Translations under genes and position numbers: made by a program
Part shown: one piece after another, positions 24,707-34,861 of the stretch
Position numbering within the stretch: position 1 is the first letter of the stretch
Layout of the letters: every line of letters starts with the position of its first letter
Notes under the pieces: model-generated
Databases searched by the model: none
What the model saw: the letters and a program-made list of their open reading frames with translations, nothing else
What the model was told of the DNA's origin: nothing
NCBI RefSeq assembly: GCF_019393635.1
Contig: NC_057863.1
Location: 490,584,948 to 490,648,947 of the forward strand
Origin: Dromiciops gliroides
Taxonomy: Eukaryota
Length of the DNA: 64,000 bases
Direction: 5' to 3'

Positions 24707-26309
24707 CTGCAAAAATTATGAAAGGAACCTTAAGAGTCTATTACTAACTCACAAAAAATACAAGTTATTATTGGTGCTCGAGGGTCAACTCTACACCAAA
24801 GGTTACACAAAATAAAAAGGGTTATACAAAACAAAAAATCAGGCAGATGACTTCCTATGAAGCTCTATAGGCTGTCTTAATTTTTATTTTCATTAAATAC
24901 TGGTCCTTTGATCACAGTGGCTATAGCCATACTGATGTGAGGGCAGATCTGTTTATTGAAAGTGGGTCTCAAAATGTGCTGTATCTTGTTAAAATCAGAA
25001 GTGTTGATTCTAGCATTTGATGAATATTTTGGACCAATGGGGAAATCTTTCAAGAATCATCATTTCCTAAGAAAACTGATTTGCTCTCTCCAAATCACTT
25101 AAAATTAAATATTAAGTAAATTCTTACCTTCTGAAGTTCATTAGAACCATAAACTAGTATTATGTTAGCATGTGATAATGAGTTTCACTCCATGTACTAC
25201 ACAACCCAGAAAACATAGTCAACTCACATTATTCATAATTCTTAAATACATTTTTCATTGATTACCTCCTGTTTTTCTACAGTTGCCTACCTATCCTAGT
25301 TTGCTTAGGTGAAGGTCTGACTTATTCTCTCTGTAGGAAGGCCAAGTGTTCTTGAAGCCTTGTGGGAATTTCAAAGACCTACACTGCCACTATGGCAGGC
25401 CTCTATTAACCTTGTGGTGGCTCTGGTGAGGGACACTGCAGACAGAAAATCTGTTTAGGGCAAAAAATATCTGTGTTCCTAAAGATTACCCTGAAGAATT
25501 AAGGAAAAGTGATAGAAAGAAATATTCTTCACTATAATGTTACATCGAATGTCTGGGCATTAATTTATTGTGGCATTTAGGAGGCTTATACTGAGGAAAT
25601 GAATAAATACAAGTATATCCTCTGCTCATGGTTATGTATCTTAAAAGATGAATAACTTTCCCAAAATCTACATGGTGGCCTTATTAAAGCAATCAGAAGT
25701 TTCTTGAAAAGATCATTGTAAAGAGGATCAGAGGATGGACTTTAGAAACTTTCCCAAGGTCATATGAGTAGTGGAGCCAACACTGGAACCAAGCTCCCCT
25801 GACTCCAAAATCTAGCCCTCTTTCCACTGCACCATAATATTTGATAAAACTAGAGAATGGCAGGAGGCAAAACATAAAACATTGAGCAGAGGGCCAGGAT
25901 TTTTCCAGGTGTGTTTTTACCAAGTCTATAGTTCTAGTTTTTTCATGCCACATTAAAAAGAAAAACAAAATCCAAATTCAAATTGCAGACCTGGACTTGG
26001 TTTTTCAATGGATCTCCCTATGTAATAGCAAAGAGTCTAGTGTAATTGTAACATACAAAGCTCAAATGCTCTGATTTTAAAAATTTTCACAGAGATGTGA
26101 CTATGGCAAAAAATAAAATGTGAGGTATAATCACTAGGCAGGAAACCAAATACAGAAGATCAAAGGACCTGCTTTCTCATAGCAACAGTAGACTAAGAGC
26201 CAGGGTTTTATTGAAGTTACCTGTTCCCAGTTCTGGTGGTATGGCACTCTTTACATGTATCTGATGGACTAATGTGTAGTTATACAATGCAAAAAACTCT
26301 TTTGCTCAC

Positions 26310-26470
26310 CCATAATTTTTTTGCAATAGCTCTTCTTTAACCTTGGAAAACTCTTTACTGTTCATATCAATGTGCTCAATTTTGCATCTCAGAGCTCGGT
26401 ATTTAGCAAGAGAAGGTGGGTTAGGTCTTGAGAGATTTGCTTCACTGACATTAATCACATCTCTTATGAG
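26310..26470 (-). CDS. PARP4: PARP4 exon. Encodes LIRDVINVSEANLSRPNPPSLAKYRALRCKIEHIDMNSKEFSKVKEELLQKNY(G).
   Basis: The translation matches human LIRDMVNVCETNLSKPNPPSLAKYRALRCKIEHVEQNTEEFLRVRKEVLQNHH. The acceptor is ctctacag|CTC and the donor is TATGG|gtgagc. Confidence 0.85.
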
Positions 26471-26514
26471 CTGTAGAGAAAAGAGTGCAAAGACACCAAA
26501 ATTACTGCATATTG

Positions 26515-26580
26515 GGGGTCACTATAATATATGTATACATAGATGTATATAGATATATGTATATATATACACACACTTTT
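26515..26580. repeat. (TA)n/(TGTA)n simple repeat.
   Basis: The sequence is atatatgtatacatagatgtatatagatatatgtatatatatacacacac. Confidence 0.85.
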
Positions 26581-28019
26581 AGTTTTCTCCTTAGGATGAA
26601 AAAATGCACACAACTTTTTAACAGAAAAACTCTGCTTAATAAATATCAATCTTTCTTGCTCTTGGCATATTAAGTCTTACTCAGAAAGAATTCTAGGATC
26701 ATTGATTTAGAGGGGGAAGAGACCTTAGAGACCATTTCTTCCAACCCCCTCATTTTAAAGATGAGGAAGCTGAGACCAGGAAGGATAAGTGACTTGCCCC
26801 AAGGTCACACATTTCTCTAAGACTTTCTCTACCAAGCCATAGAAACCTCTCCACCCCTTGACTACTTCTATTGGAAGTACCTTCCCCCCTCAACTGATTT
26901 CTTCCAGGACACCCACTTTCAGAGGCTAGCTGGACTTGACTCTCTACTGGTATACAGGACCTTCTCTGCCATGCTGCTGGGAACCTTCACCTCCCTGCTA
27001 CACTTTTTTGTGCTTTCTTCCCTACTAGAATATAAGCTCTCTGAGGGCAAGGACTGTCTTTCTGCTTCTTATTTGTATTCCCAGCACTTAGCAGTGCCTG
27101 GAATATTGTGGAAACCAGTGTGCTTTAAATTATACCACATTGCTTTCCATACCATTATGTTGTCTTGTGACAGCCCAGTATGTAATAATTTATAATTTAT
27201 AATCTAAATTATGCTTTTTTAATTGCACTTGCTGAACTTAACATATTTAGCTTGCATACTACCAACAGAGGCTGCTGCTGCTGCTGCTATTTTACTGAGG
27301 AAACAGAGGTCTAGCGCCTGAACTATCCATCTGTAGGGATTAGATTCACTAGCCTCCCGACCCCTCTCCCCATCAGAGGTTGTGGTTATTAGTAACTCAA
27401 GGCTAACATGAGGAAATTAGACAGGGCCATACCAACCCATCAACATTTGAAATGGAACATGGTGGAAATTTGTGGGACAAAATTGTCTAATAAGAAAACC
27501 TGGCTTACTCAGTACTATCTTTGTAGTTGCTTGTCACAAATATCTAGTACTGGTATGTCTCAAACTTATCTCTTAATGTTCTGCCTCCTTGATCTCTGTT
27601 TTTCTTAAGTAACAAAAAGAGGGTTGTATTTCCTCCAACTCTAACTTATTTAGCTTAGCCCTAACGCAGAATAGCATCTCTGCTAGACTCTGCTAGACTC
27701 TTTCAATGTATCCTATGTAATTCCTATTACTTTGTGAGAAAACTGTCTTACATGTTCAAACTCTTAACAAGTGGAGAAACTAGTTGGTTGGTGTCACCTG
27801 CATTTGAGACTGGTAATTGTAAGTCAAGGGGAAGAGGGCTTTCAGTATGTTGAGCAGTAAATCATCAAAGTGGTAGATATTAGCATTCAACAATTCTTGT
27901 CACATTGAATAGAACCTTGACACCACCCTTCAAGGCCTACCTGGAATGCTACCTTCTCTTATCCCAGTGGAAAATTTTTCCTCTTCTGAATTCCTATTGT
28001 ATTCTTACTGATCTTTTGT

Positions 28020-28270
28020 TCTTGGGCTGTGTCTGACTCTTCAATACAACAATTTGGGGTTTTCTTGGCAAAGATACTGGAGTGGTTTGCCATTTCTTTC
28101 TCCAGCTCATTTTACAGATGAGGAAACTAAAGCAAATAGGGTTAAGTGACTTATCCATGGTCACAGAGCTGGTAAGTGTCTGAGGCTGGTTTTGAAGTGA
28201 GGAAGATGAGTCTTCCTTTCTCAAGCCCAGTGTTCTGTTTACTACTTAGCACCACTTAGCTGCCCCTCTG
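28020..28270. mobile_element. MIR/MAR1-like SINE copy.
   Basis: The sequence is gctgtgtctgactcttcaatacaacaatttggggttttcttggcaaagatactggagtggtttgccatttctttctccagctcattttacagatgaggaaactaaagcaaatagggttaagtgacttatccatggtcacagagctggtaagtgtctgaggctgg. Confidence 0.75.
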
Positions 28271-29139
28271 TTCTTTTACATCCTGGCATTCATTTTATAA
28301 CTCTTCTATCCTATGAGACTGCAAACTTTTGAGGGCAGAAACCATGTCTCATTCATCTTTATATCCCCTAAAGTGCCTTGCTTACTATGTGCAAAGCACT
28401 GTGCTCTCCATAAATATTTGCTGAATCAATTAAATGAATATCTGAGGATTGTTATTGTTGTTTGTCCTTCATTCTTGGAGAGGACCATAACATGGCGGGG
28501 GCGGGGGGGGGGTGATGTCACAACTTGCAGTGAACTGGATTTAAGTGAGGGAGGTCTATGCAAACTCACTGGCCTCACTCTAAAATGAGGATGACGGAGA
28601 GTATTTAATACTGAGTAGAAAACTCTGTAGATATGAAGGCTCAAGGCAACAGGTAGCCATTAGATTGTCACAATTCTTAGTAATAGTATATAATCAATGA
28701 CTTCAAAATCTTTAGGACTGGTCTCAGACACAATGCTGTGTGGCAGAAGCTTTTATTTCTATGATATTATTCTTCAAATGATAATTTTTTATCTGGAGAT
28801 TAGCAGTTATATAGTCTAATTCTTTGTTTGACAACGAGGAAGCTGAATTTGGCAAAGATCATGCAATTAGCAACTCTTTACAGAGGAAATTATTTCAAGA
28901 GAAGTTAAGGATAGGGCCTGGATCTGTGATTTCATGGGTAAAGTCACTCTTGGGTGAGGAAAATCTTTCTACCAATGAAGCTTGGTACCCTTTAGTCTCA
29001 AAGACTAGAGCTTGGAGAGGTTAAGTCATGCAGTCAGTATGTATCAGAGGCAAAACTATAACCCAGATCTTCCTGATTTCAAGGCCATATCTCTATCCAT
29101 TATCCACACTGCCTCTCTATTCTTTTCTTTCTTTTTTTT

Positions 29140-29283
29140 TTTTTTGGGTGAGGCAATTGTGGTTAAGTGACTTGCCCAGGGTCACACAGCTAGTAAGTGT
29201 TAAGTGTCTGAGGCCGGATTTGAACTCAGGTCCTCCTGAATCCAGGGACGGTGCTCTATCCACTGCACCATCTAGCTGCTCCT
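29140..29283 (-). mobile_element. tRNA-derived SINE in a PARP4 intron.
   Basis: The sequence is tttttttttttttgggtgaggcaattgtggttaagtgacttgcccagggtcacacagctagtaagtgttaagtgtctgaggccggatttgaactcaggtcctcctgaatccagggacggtgctctatccactgcaccatctagctgc. Confidence 0.9.
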
Positions 29284-29473
29284 CTATTCTTTTATAACGT
29301 GGAGCCTTTATAGACATGTTTCTGCATTTGGGCTAGAATATCAACATATTTATGAAGAGACTTAAAAAAATCTGACTTAAAGAACTTAAGCACCCATTCA
29401 TCAAAGTTTTTAAAAAGTCTTCACAGAAGTCCTTTTTAGTATCTCAACTTAGCTATAAATTTCAAAGTAATAC

Positions 29474-29644
29474 CTGGCAGAGATCTTCTTCCTTAGATAA
29501 TAGTCTTTGGTTAACTTCATCTTCTGTACTTCTGTGAGGTATAAGTTGGTAGAATTCTGACATCATCTTTTTCAACTCTTCTGTTGTTCCTCCTTTATTT
29601 AATGCTGCCTTAACTTGAAGTAGAATACCTTCAGCTTTGCTCAC
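29474..29644 (-). CDS. PARP4: PARP4 exon. Encodes VSKAEGILLQVKAALNKGGTTEELKKMMSEFYQLIPHRSTEDEVNQRLLSKEEDLCQ.
   Basis: The translation matches human VSKAEGILLLVKAALKNGETAEQLQKMMTEFYRLIPHKGTMPKEVNLGLLAKKADLCQ. The acceptor is tattaaag|GTG and the donor is TGCCAG|gtatta. The exon is 171 nt with phase 0 at both ends. Confidence 0.85.
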
Positions 29645-30749
29645 CTTTAATATAAAATATTATTAAAACGAAATATTGATAAATAGAGCAAAAAATAAAC
29701 AAATCTTTGGTAGCCACGTTGAAACAATCAATTCTAAAGATGAAGGCAACTGGATTCTTCAAAAAATAGTATCAAAAAATTGAACTAAGCTTAGAGAAAA
29801 GAAGTATGATGCAAAATTTTGATAAGTATCATTGTACCTTTAGGAAAATTATTTTCAAATGAATCCAGGAAGATGTCAGAATTAAATGGTATAGAACAAC
29901 AATAAAACTACTATGAAGTAGAATACAAGGGATCCTAATAGATACCTGGTACATAATGTTATTTTCACAACCACAAGTCCAAAAATGATTTCAATACATC
30001 AAGGATATGTGATTCATCAAAAGAGGGCTTGTGATCTATACCTTAGTCTAAGAGTTCTTAACTTTTTAAAGTCCCACCTCTTTGGCACACTGGTGAAGCT
30101 TATGGAGCCTTTCTCAGAAAAATGCTTTTAAATGAATAAAATAAAATACATAAGGATTAGAAAGGAAACTGATTCTACTGAAATACAACTACCAAAATAG
30201 TTTTTTAAAAGTTCATGAACTCCACATTAAGAACCCTTGCCTTATGTATGTGGCCAAAATAAAATCAGCTCATGGAGGCCAGCCTAATGGGAGCAAACCA
30301 CTTTGGTCTTACGTTGATCTTTGGGTAACAGTCATGGAAATCCATTTCCTGGTATGTACTTGAAATCTTTCCACCTTAGTAAGACCTCAGCACTTATGCT
30401 CTGCTATCATGGCCTTTGAGAACTCAGGATCATCCCCTTACACCAAACTTATTTTCAAAAAGTTCAAAATATAATAATCATCACCAAGGTTTTTTTTATT
30501 GGTAATAAATGTAAGAAATGACCAAATTAGCTTTCTGGTACAAATCAGCCTCTTGTGAGTCTAGGTAGAATAAGTCAATTTCTCCAAAGTTTCATCCCCA
30601 CTGAATAAGCTGGCCAGTGAAGTTTTATATCTATTAAATTAACAGTCACAGAATTGTTCAGAAATTTTGTTCTTTTCCTTCACAAGGAAAATGGTTGCTA
30701 ATAATACATGACACTATGCTATTTTTTTTAAGGTAATTTGATTTTTTTT

Positions 30750-30893
30750 TTTTTAGTGAGGCAATTGGGGTTAAGTGACTTGCCTAAGGTCACACAGCTA
30801 GTAAGTGTTAAGTGTCTGAGGCCGGATTTGAACTCGGGTCCTCCTGAATCCAGGGACGGTGCTCTATCCACTGCACCACCTAGCTGCCCCAAC
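30750..30893 (-). mobile_element. tRNA-derived SINE with a target-site duplication, in a PARP4 intron.
   Basis: The SINE body matches the consensus. The flanking direct repeat is acactatgctatt, at ~30712-30724 and ~30891-30903. Confidence 0.9.
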
Positions 30894-31150
30894 ACTATGC
30901 TATTAATGTTCATATGAATGTTTCCAGTTTATTAAATATCATGTTGTTAAGAAATACTGTGTCTACTTCTCAAAATAGTTAAACTATGAAACCCTCACCA
31001 TGATTTTGACTTAACTCAGCTTGCTTTTCTACACCACAGGCAGAATCTGACCACAAATGGATCTGATTATTATGTCTTAAGTTGCTATTCTATAAACAAA
31101 ACAAAACATTTTAAAAGTAGAACATATTTTTTCCAAAATCATTGACTTAC

Positions 31151-31288
31151 ATCATTTAGGCCGATGCTATTTGCTGGTTTGAGAAGAATGTTTTCCAGAT
31201 GGCCAAGAGCTTCCACCCAAATCAACTCCACTAAGGTAGTCACATCTTCACTTATAGTATCTCCATTTAATACATCCTCCAACAGCAA
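31151..31288 (-). CDS. PARP4: PARP4 exon. Encodes LLLEDVLNGDTISEDVTTLVELIWVEALGHLENILLKPANSIGLND.
   Basis: The translation matches human LLLEEVMNSSTLSQEVSDLVEMIWAEALGHLEHMLLKPVNRISLND. The acceptor is ggttccag|TTG and the donor is AATGAT|gtaagt. Confidence 0.85.
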
Positions 31289-31442
31289 CTGGAACCAAAA
31301 AACCACAAGTTACAAAAGTTGCTGTTTATGTGAAGAGAAATGATTATGGCCTAGACTAGGGAGAAGTAACATGGTTATTCTTGGCATTCTACAGCTCCCC
31401 ATCATGGTGCCTCTTTATTTTCTCACTCTTTACTTCTTCTTC

Positions 31443-31580
31443 TTTTTTTTTTTTTAGTGAGGCAATTGGGGTTAAGTGACTTGCCCAGGGTCACACAGCT
31501 AGTAAGTGTTAAGTGTCTGAGGCCGGATTTGAACTCAGGTACTTCTGACTCCAGGGCCGGTGCTCTATCCACTGTGCCAC
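31443..31580 (-). mobile_element. tRNA-derived SINE, 5'-truncated, abutting the CpG-rich LTR fragment.
   Basis: The sequence is ttttttttttttagtgaggcaattggggttaagtgacttgcccagggtcacacagctagtaagtgttaagtgtctgaggccggatttgaactcaggtacttctgactccagggccggtgctctatccactgtgccac. Confidence 0.9.
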
Positions 31581-31599
31581 TGTGGTAAAATATGAAAGT

Positions 31600-31812
31600 T
31601 TTTAACAGTCGGTTAGGATAACTGAAAGACGCCAGTTTTTCAAGGACCACCCTTTTGGGGAGGAGACGAACAGTCCGCCTGCTGCGCACGTCAGACTGCC
31701 TGCGGGACTCGACTTCCGGGGTGGAGAGAACGGAAGTGGGGCTTTTGCCTGCTTGGCGGGACTCCTGACGGCGCGGCACAGACTCTCTCTCTCCAAAGGT
31801 GGCCTTTTCGGT
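31600..31812 (+). promoter_or_regulatory. LTR-derived fragment inside a PARP4 intron that is unusually CpG-rich and ends in a strong plus-strand splice donor.
   Basis: The stretch caaggaccacccttttggggaggagacgaacagtccgcctgctgcgc is homologous to the LTR at 15119-15240 (gaaggacctccccttttgggggagggagactgaacgctc…). It contains about 15 CpGs in ~200 bp (acgtcag, cttccgggg, ggcgggactcctgacggcgcgg). It terminates in ggtttg|gtgagttttt. Confidence 0.5.
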
Positions 31813-32491
31813 TTGGTGAGTTTTTATAAGGAATATAGACTAAGCTTAGACTTAAGACGATTTGTATTGTGTTTCTACTTTCCTATCCTTCTAATCAACA
31901 TCACCTTGTGACTACCATAACAATAAATAAAAAGGTCTATCTAGAAAACCAAAAGCTTCTTCCATTTACTAGTTTGGGAGATAAATTAAGGGAAAGGTTA
32001 AGTAGGGGAGATTTATGATCTAATATCCAATTTTAAATCTCACACCACCTAGCTGCCCCTCACTCTTTACTTCTTGACTGATGCTTTCTTAAGTTCTCTC
32101 TTCTACTCCTTTCTCCCTTTTCTTTTCCTTAGGTTTGTTGACTTTAGGTCCTCCATTAACACTTGTGCTTGGGCTAAAAAGGCATATACTGACATATCTT
32201 ATGGAAGATAATTAAATTATTTGAAACTAAATAGGGTCTGCTGTTTACATACATTACCAAATCAGTAACAGATGTAGCAGATTATCCCATTAGGCTTTTA
32301 TGACCCCTTTTCAAAGCTCTAAGACTAAAAAGCTCTTATTTCTATGGTCTTTTTCTCTACTTTTGCAATTCTTTTCTCTTGTAGTAATTTTTCAGTCAAA
32401 CAAATGCCTTTTCTCTTAATAATACTAAAACAAGTATGTTTAATAATTTGTGACCAGAACAAAGACAAATAAATAAATAAATCAGTCTCAC

Positions 32492-32641
32492 TGCTTGTAA
32501 CTTCTTAGATGCTAGTAGGTTTGCTTCAGGTGGAAAATTTTCTGATGGCAGAAATCCTTGTTTCTTCAGTTCTTCAATATAATTCTCATAGTATTCACTT
32601 GCACCTTCAGATGTATTCTTTCTAGATAAATGTCTTCTAGG
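32492..32641 (-). CDS. PARP4: PARP4 exon. Encodes PRRHLSRKNTSEGASEYYENYIEELKKQGFLPSENFPPEANLLASKKLQA.
   Basis: The translation matches human TRRQFAIKKTSEDASEYFENYIEELKKQGFLLREHFTPEATQLASEQLQA. The acceptor is aattggcag|CCT and the donor is CAAGCA|gtgaga. The exon is 150 nt. Confidence 0.85.
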
Positions 32642-33628
32642 CTGCCAATTATAATACATATCAAAGTGTTAGAATAAGAGTGCTTTATTTACCCAGTAGT
32701 CACTTATCCAGGAATCTTAACTGTTTGGAACACATCCAAAAGTTGTGAGGTAAATAAAAATGTTCTTTCAACAACAAAAAATAGATTTCAAAGGCTATGT
32801 AGTAGAGCTTTTACATACAGTTCTAACAAATTCAGTTATATCATTTCCCAGTTGCAGGCAGATTAAAACAATAATTGCAAGAGGAGAAGGAAGGAGAAAA
32901 AGACTTCCTTGACACAGGAATACCAACAAGGTACAAGACATGACAGTTGACAGCACGTGAGAAGGTAGAAAAACTATAAAAAGCAGATAGTAAATCATAA
33001 AGCAAAGTAGTCTGAGATCTAAAGGAATCCAGAATTTTGTAGGGGCAAACATCTTTATATACTTCATATACTTCAACAGTCCCAGAGTATCGCTGTATCA
33101 TAATATAGCACATTAGTTGATATTAATAATAATGATCTTGAGAAAATGTTAAATTATATGTAAAGTATACTGTTTAAGAAGTCAGACAAATGCTTAGTGT
33201 ATTTCATAAGGAAATTAAATACCCCAAACTAAAATTTTCTGATACTTAAAGGGGCAAATTTCAGATATCTAGAAAATTCACTTAAGTGGAATATCTCATT
33301 CTGTAATAATGCAGATTAAACCGGCCACATCTTTATTGTCACAAAATTGGCTGAAATGTTCAAAGAGTTCAAAATCCAATTGCGCTTATTTTCTGACTAT
33401 TAGAAAGTTTTTATTTAGTAGGGGAAAACACTATCTTAAAAGATCTCTTCCAAAATATACATGAGAAAAGCCTTGTACAATAATAAAAGATACCTTAGCT
33501 ACCATAAGAACAGAAATAACTGTTAGGCCTCCTCTGCACAAAATTGAGATGTATGCTCTCTGATGTAAGGCATTTGCCTCTGTCATGGAAAACATCTAGC
33601 ACGGAATCTAGATAGAAGTAGTATTCCT

Positions 33629-33776
33629 GGGGGCAGCTAGGTGGCATAGTGGATAAAGCACCAGCCCTGGATTCAGGAGGACCCAAGTTCAAATCCAGCC
33701 TCAATTGACACTTATTAGCTGTGTGACCCTGGGCAAGTCACTTAACCCTCATTGCCCATCCCCCCCCCCAAAAGAA
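33629..33776 (+). mobile_element. tRNA-derived SINE with a target-site duplication.
   Basis: The sequence is gggggcagctaggtggcatagtggataaagcaccagccctggattcaggaggacccaagttcaaatccagcctcaattgacacttattagctgtgtgaccctgggcaagtcacttaaccctcattgcccatccccccccccaaaag. It is flanked by atagaagtagtatt on both sides, at ~33612-33625 and ~33787-33800. Confidence 0.9.
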
Positions 33777-34748
33777 GTAAAAAAATAGAAGTAGTATTAC
33801 CTTTAGATGGAGGGACCCTCAAGCTCTTTCTATTTGTGGATGACATTACTGACACTGTTACTGATATATTACAGGACCACAGGGTACAGTATATGCATGC
33901 ATATAGGGGAGCCCAAGCTTCATTCAGTTTGACTCTGACCTTGCAGGGTTAAGTAATTTCTTTCTGGGGAGAAGCCATGAGGTTATATAATATGAAGAAC
34001 GAGGAAGAAGCACGGTTCTTCCATGTGGGCTAACTCCATGCTGTCTAGGACACATGAATAGGGAGCAGAATAATTTAGGCTGGTAGCTTATGCTTAGCTA
34101 TAAGGAGAGAGCAACATAGGTGCTCAACTAAACACCTGAGACCTAGATACTTAACAGGTGCAAGCGAGATGGGGATTGTCTTGGATTCCTGTTACCAGTC
34201 TGACCATATTTCTTACTGTTTCTTCCTTCTAATAGTGTGAAGGAAGAAAAGGAAATGGAAAGGCATGGAAGACTGAAATTCCCTATTTTCAGCCATTTCA
34301 GCTCACATTGTTACTTTTAATTATTATCTGTGATTCTATACTATTTGAAACTACTACTAAAGTAAATGGGCTTGTAACTGATTCTAGTCCAAGCCTACAA
34401 GCATGCAGTTGTAGGTTGAGAAAAGGGGAAGTAAACCACCCGAGAAGCAAACAAAAAGCAGAAGATGGTAGCCAAGTCCTTGGGCTCATCTTGGCCATCA
34501 CATGTTCTTGCTGCCATAAAATTCTAGTCACCATTGCCCCAGAGGAAGGGGATAGTAGAGAAATCTCCTCCCCCTTTACTGGAAGTCCAACATAGAGGAA
34601 GTACTGGAAGAGTTGTAAAGTAAAGAAATGGGGTTGGTTCTCCTCAATAATTTTTTTAGCCCACAGAGTGGGTGGCATCTTGACTCTGTAGCAAGTCATT
34701 TTTGATAGATCTCATGTCACTGGTGAACAACAGGTGCTGCCATATCAC

Positions 34749-34861
34749 CTCAATAAGAAGCATGTCCTTTAGCAAGGGGTGAGAGAGCACATATCCCACA
34801 GAAAGGGACCCGAGCTCATCTCCAGCTCCATAGGAAGTAACCTCACAAAGTTCCTCAATCA
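34749..34861 (-). CDS. PARP4: Tentative PARP4 exon in the poorly conserved linker between the BRCT domain and the PARP domain. Encodes ...IEELCEVTSYGAGDELGSLSVGYVLSHPLLKDMLLIE.
   Basis: The donor GAG|gtgata leaves phase 0, and the next exon (PRRHL...) starts in phase 0. There is weak similarity to human DFEVAKYNTLEKVGMEGGQEAVVVELQCS...SHFLLDDGME, notably SHPLLKDM against SHFLLDDGM and EVTSY against EVAKY. The acceptor is ambiguous and the 5' boundary is approximate. Confidence 0.35.

Noticed and set aside
31600-31812. A CpG-rich segment initially considered as the PARP4 promoter and first exon.
   Set aside because: Confirmed PARP4 coding exons lie upstream of it in the gene at 32.5 kb, 40.3 kb and 43.8 kb. 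It is therefore intronic. It is homologous to an LTR and is reported as a possible cryptic or antisense promoter instead.
32795-33113. Two overlapping minus-strand ORFs of ~90 aa in unique intronic sequence near a PARP4 exon.
   Set aside because: They have no similarity to PARP4 or to any protein family I recognise. They are hydrophobic and low-complexity, with no splice-site support. They are most likely chance ORFs in AT-rich intron.
33629-33776. tRNA-like sequence (GGGGGCAGCTAGGTGGCATAGTGGATAAAGCACC… with a GTTCAAATCC B-box), considered as a tRNA gene.
   Set aside because: It is the tRNA-derived head of a SINE that is present in more than 20 copies. It continues into the SINE-specific tail and a poly-A, and it is flanked by a target-site duplication. 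It is not a functional tRNA gene.
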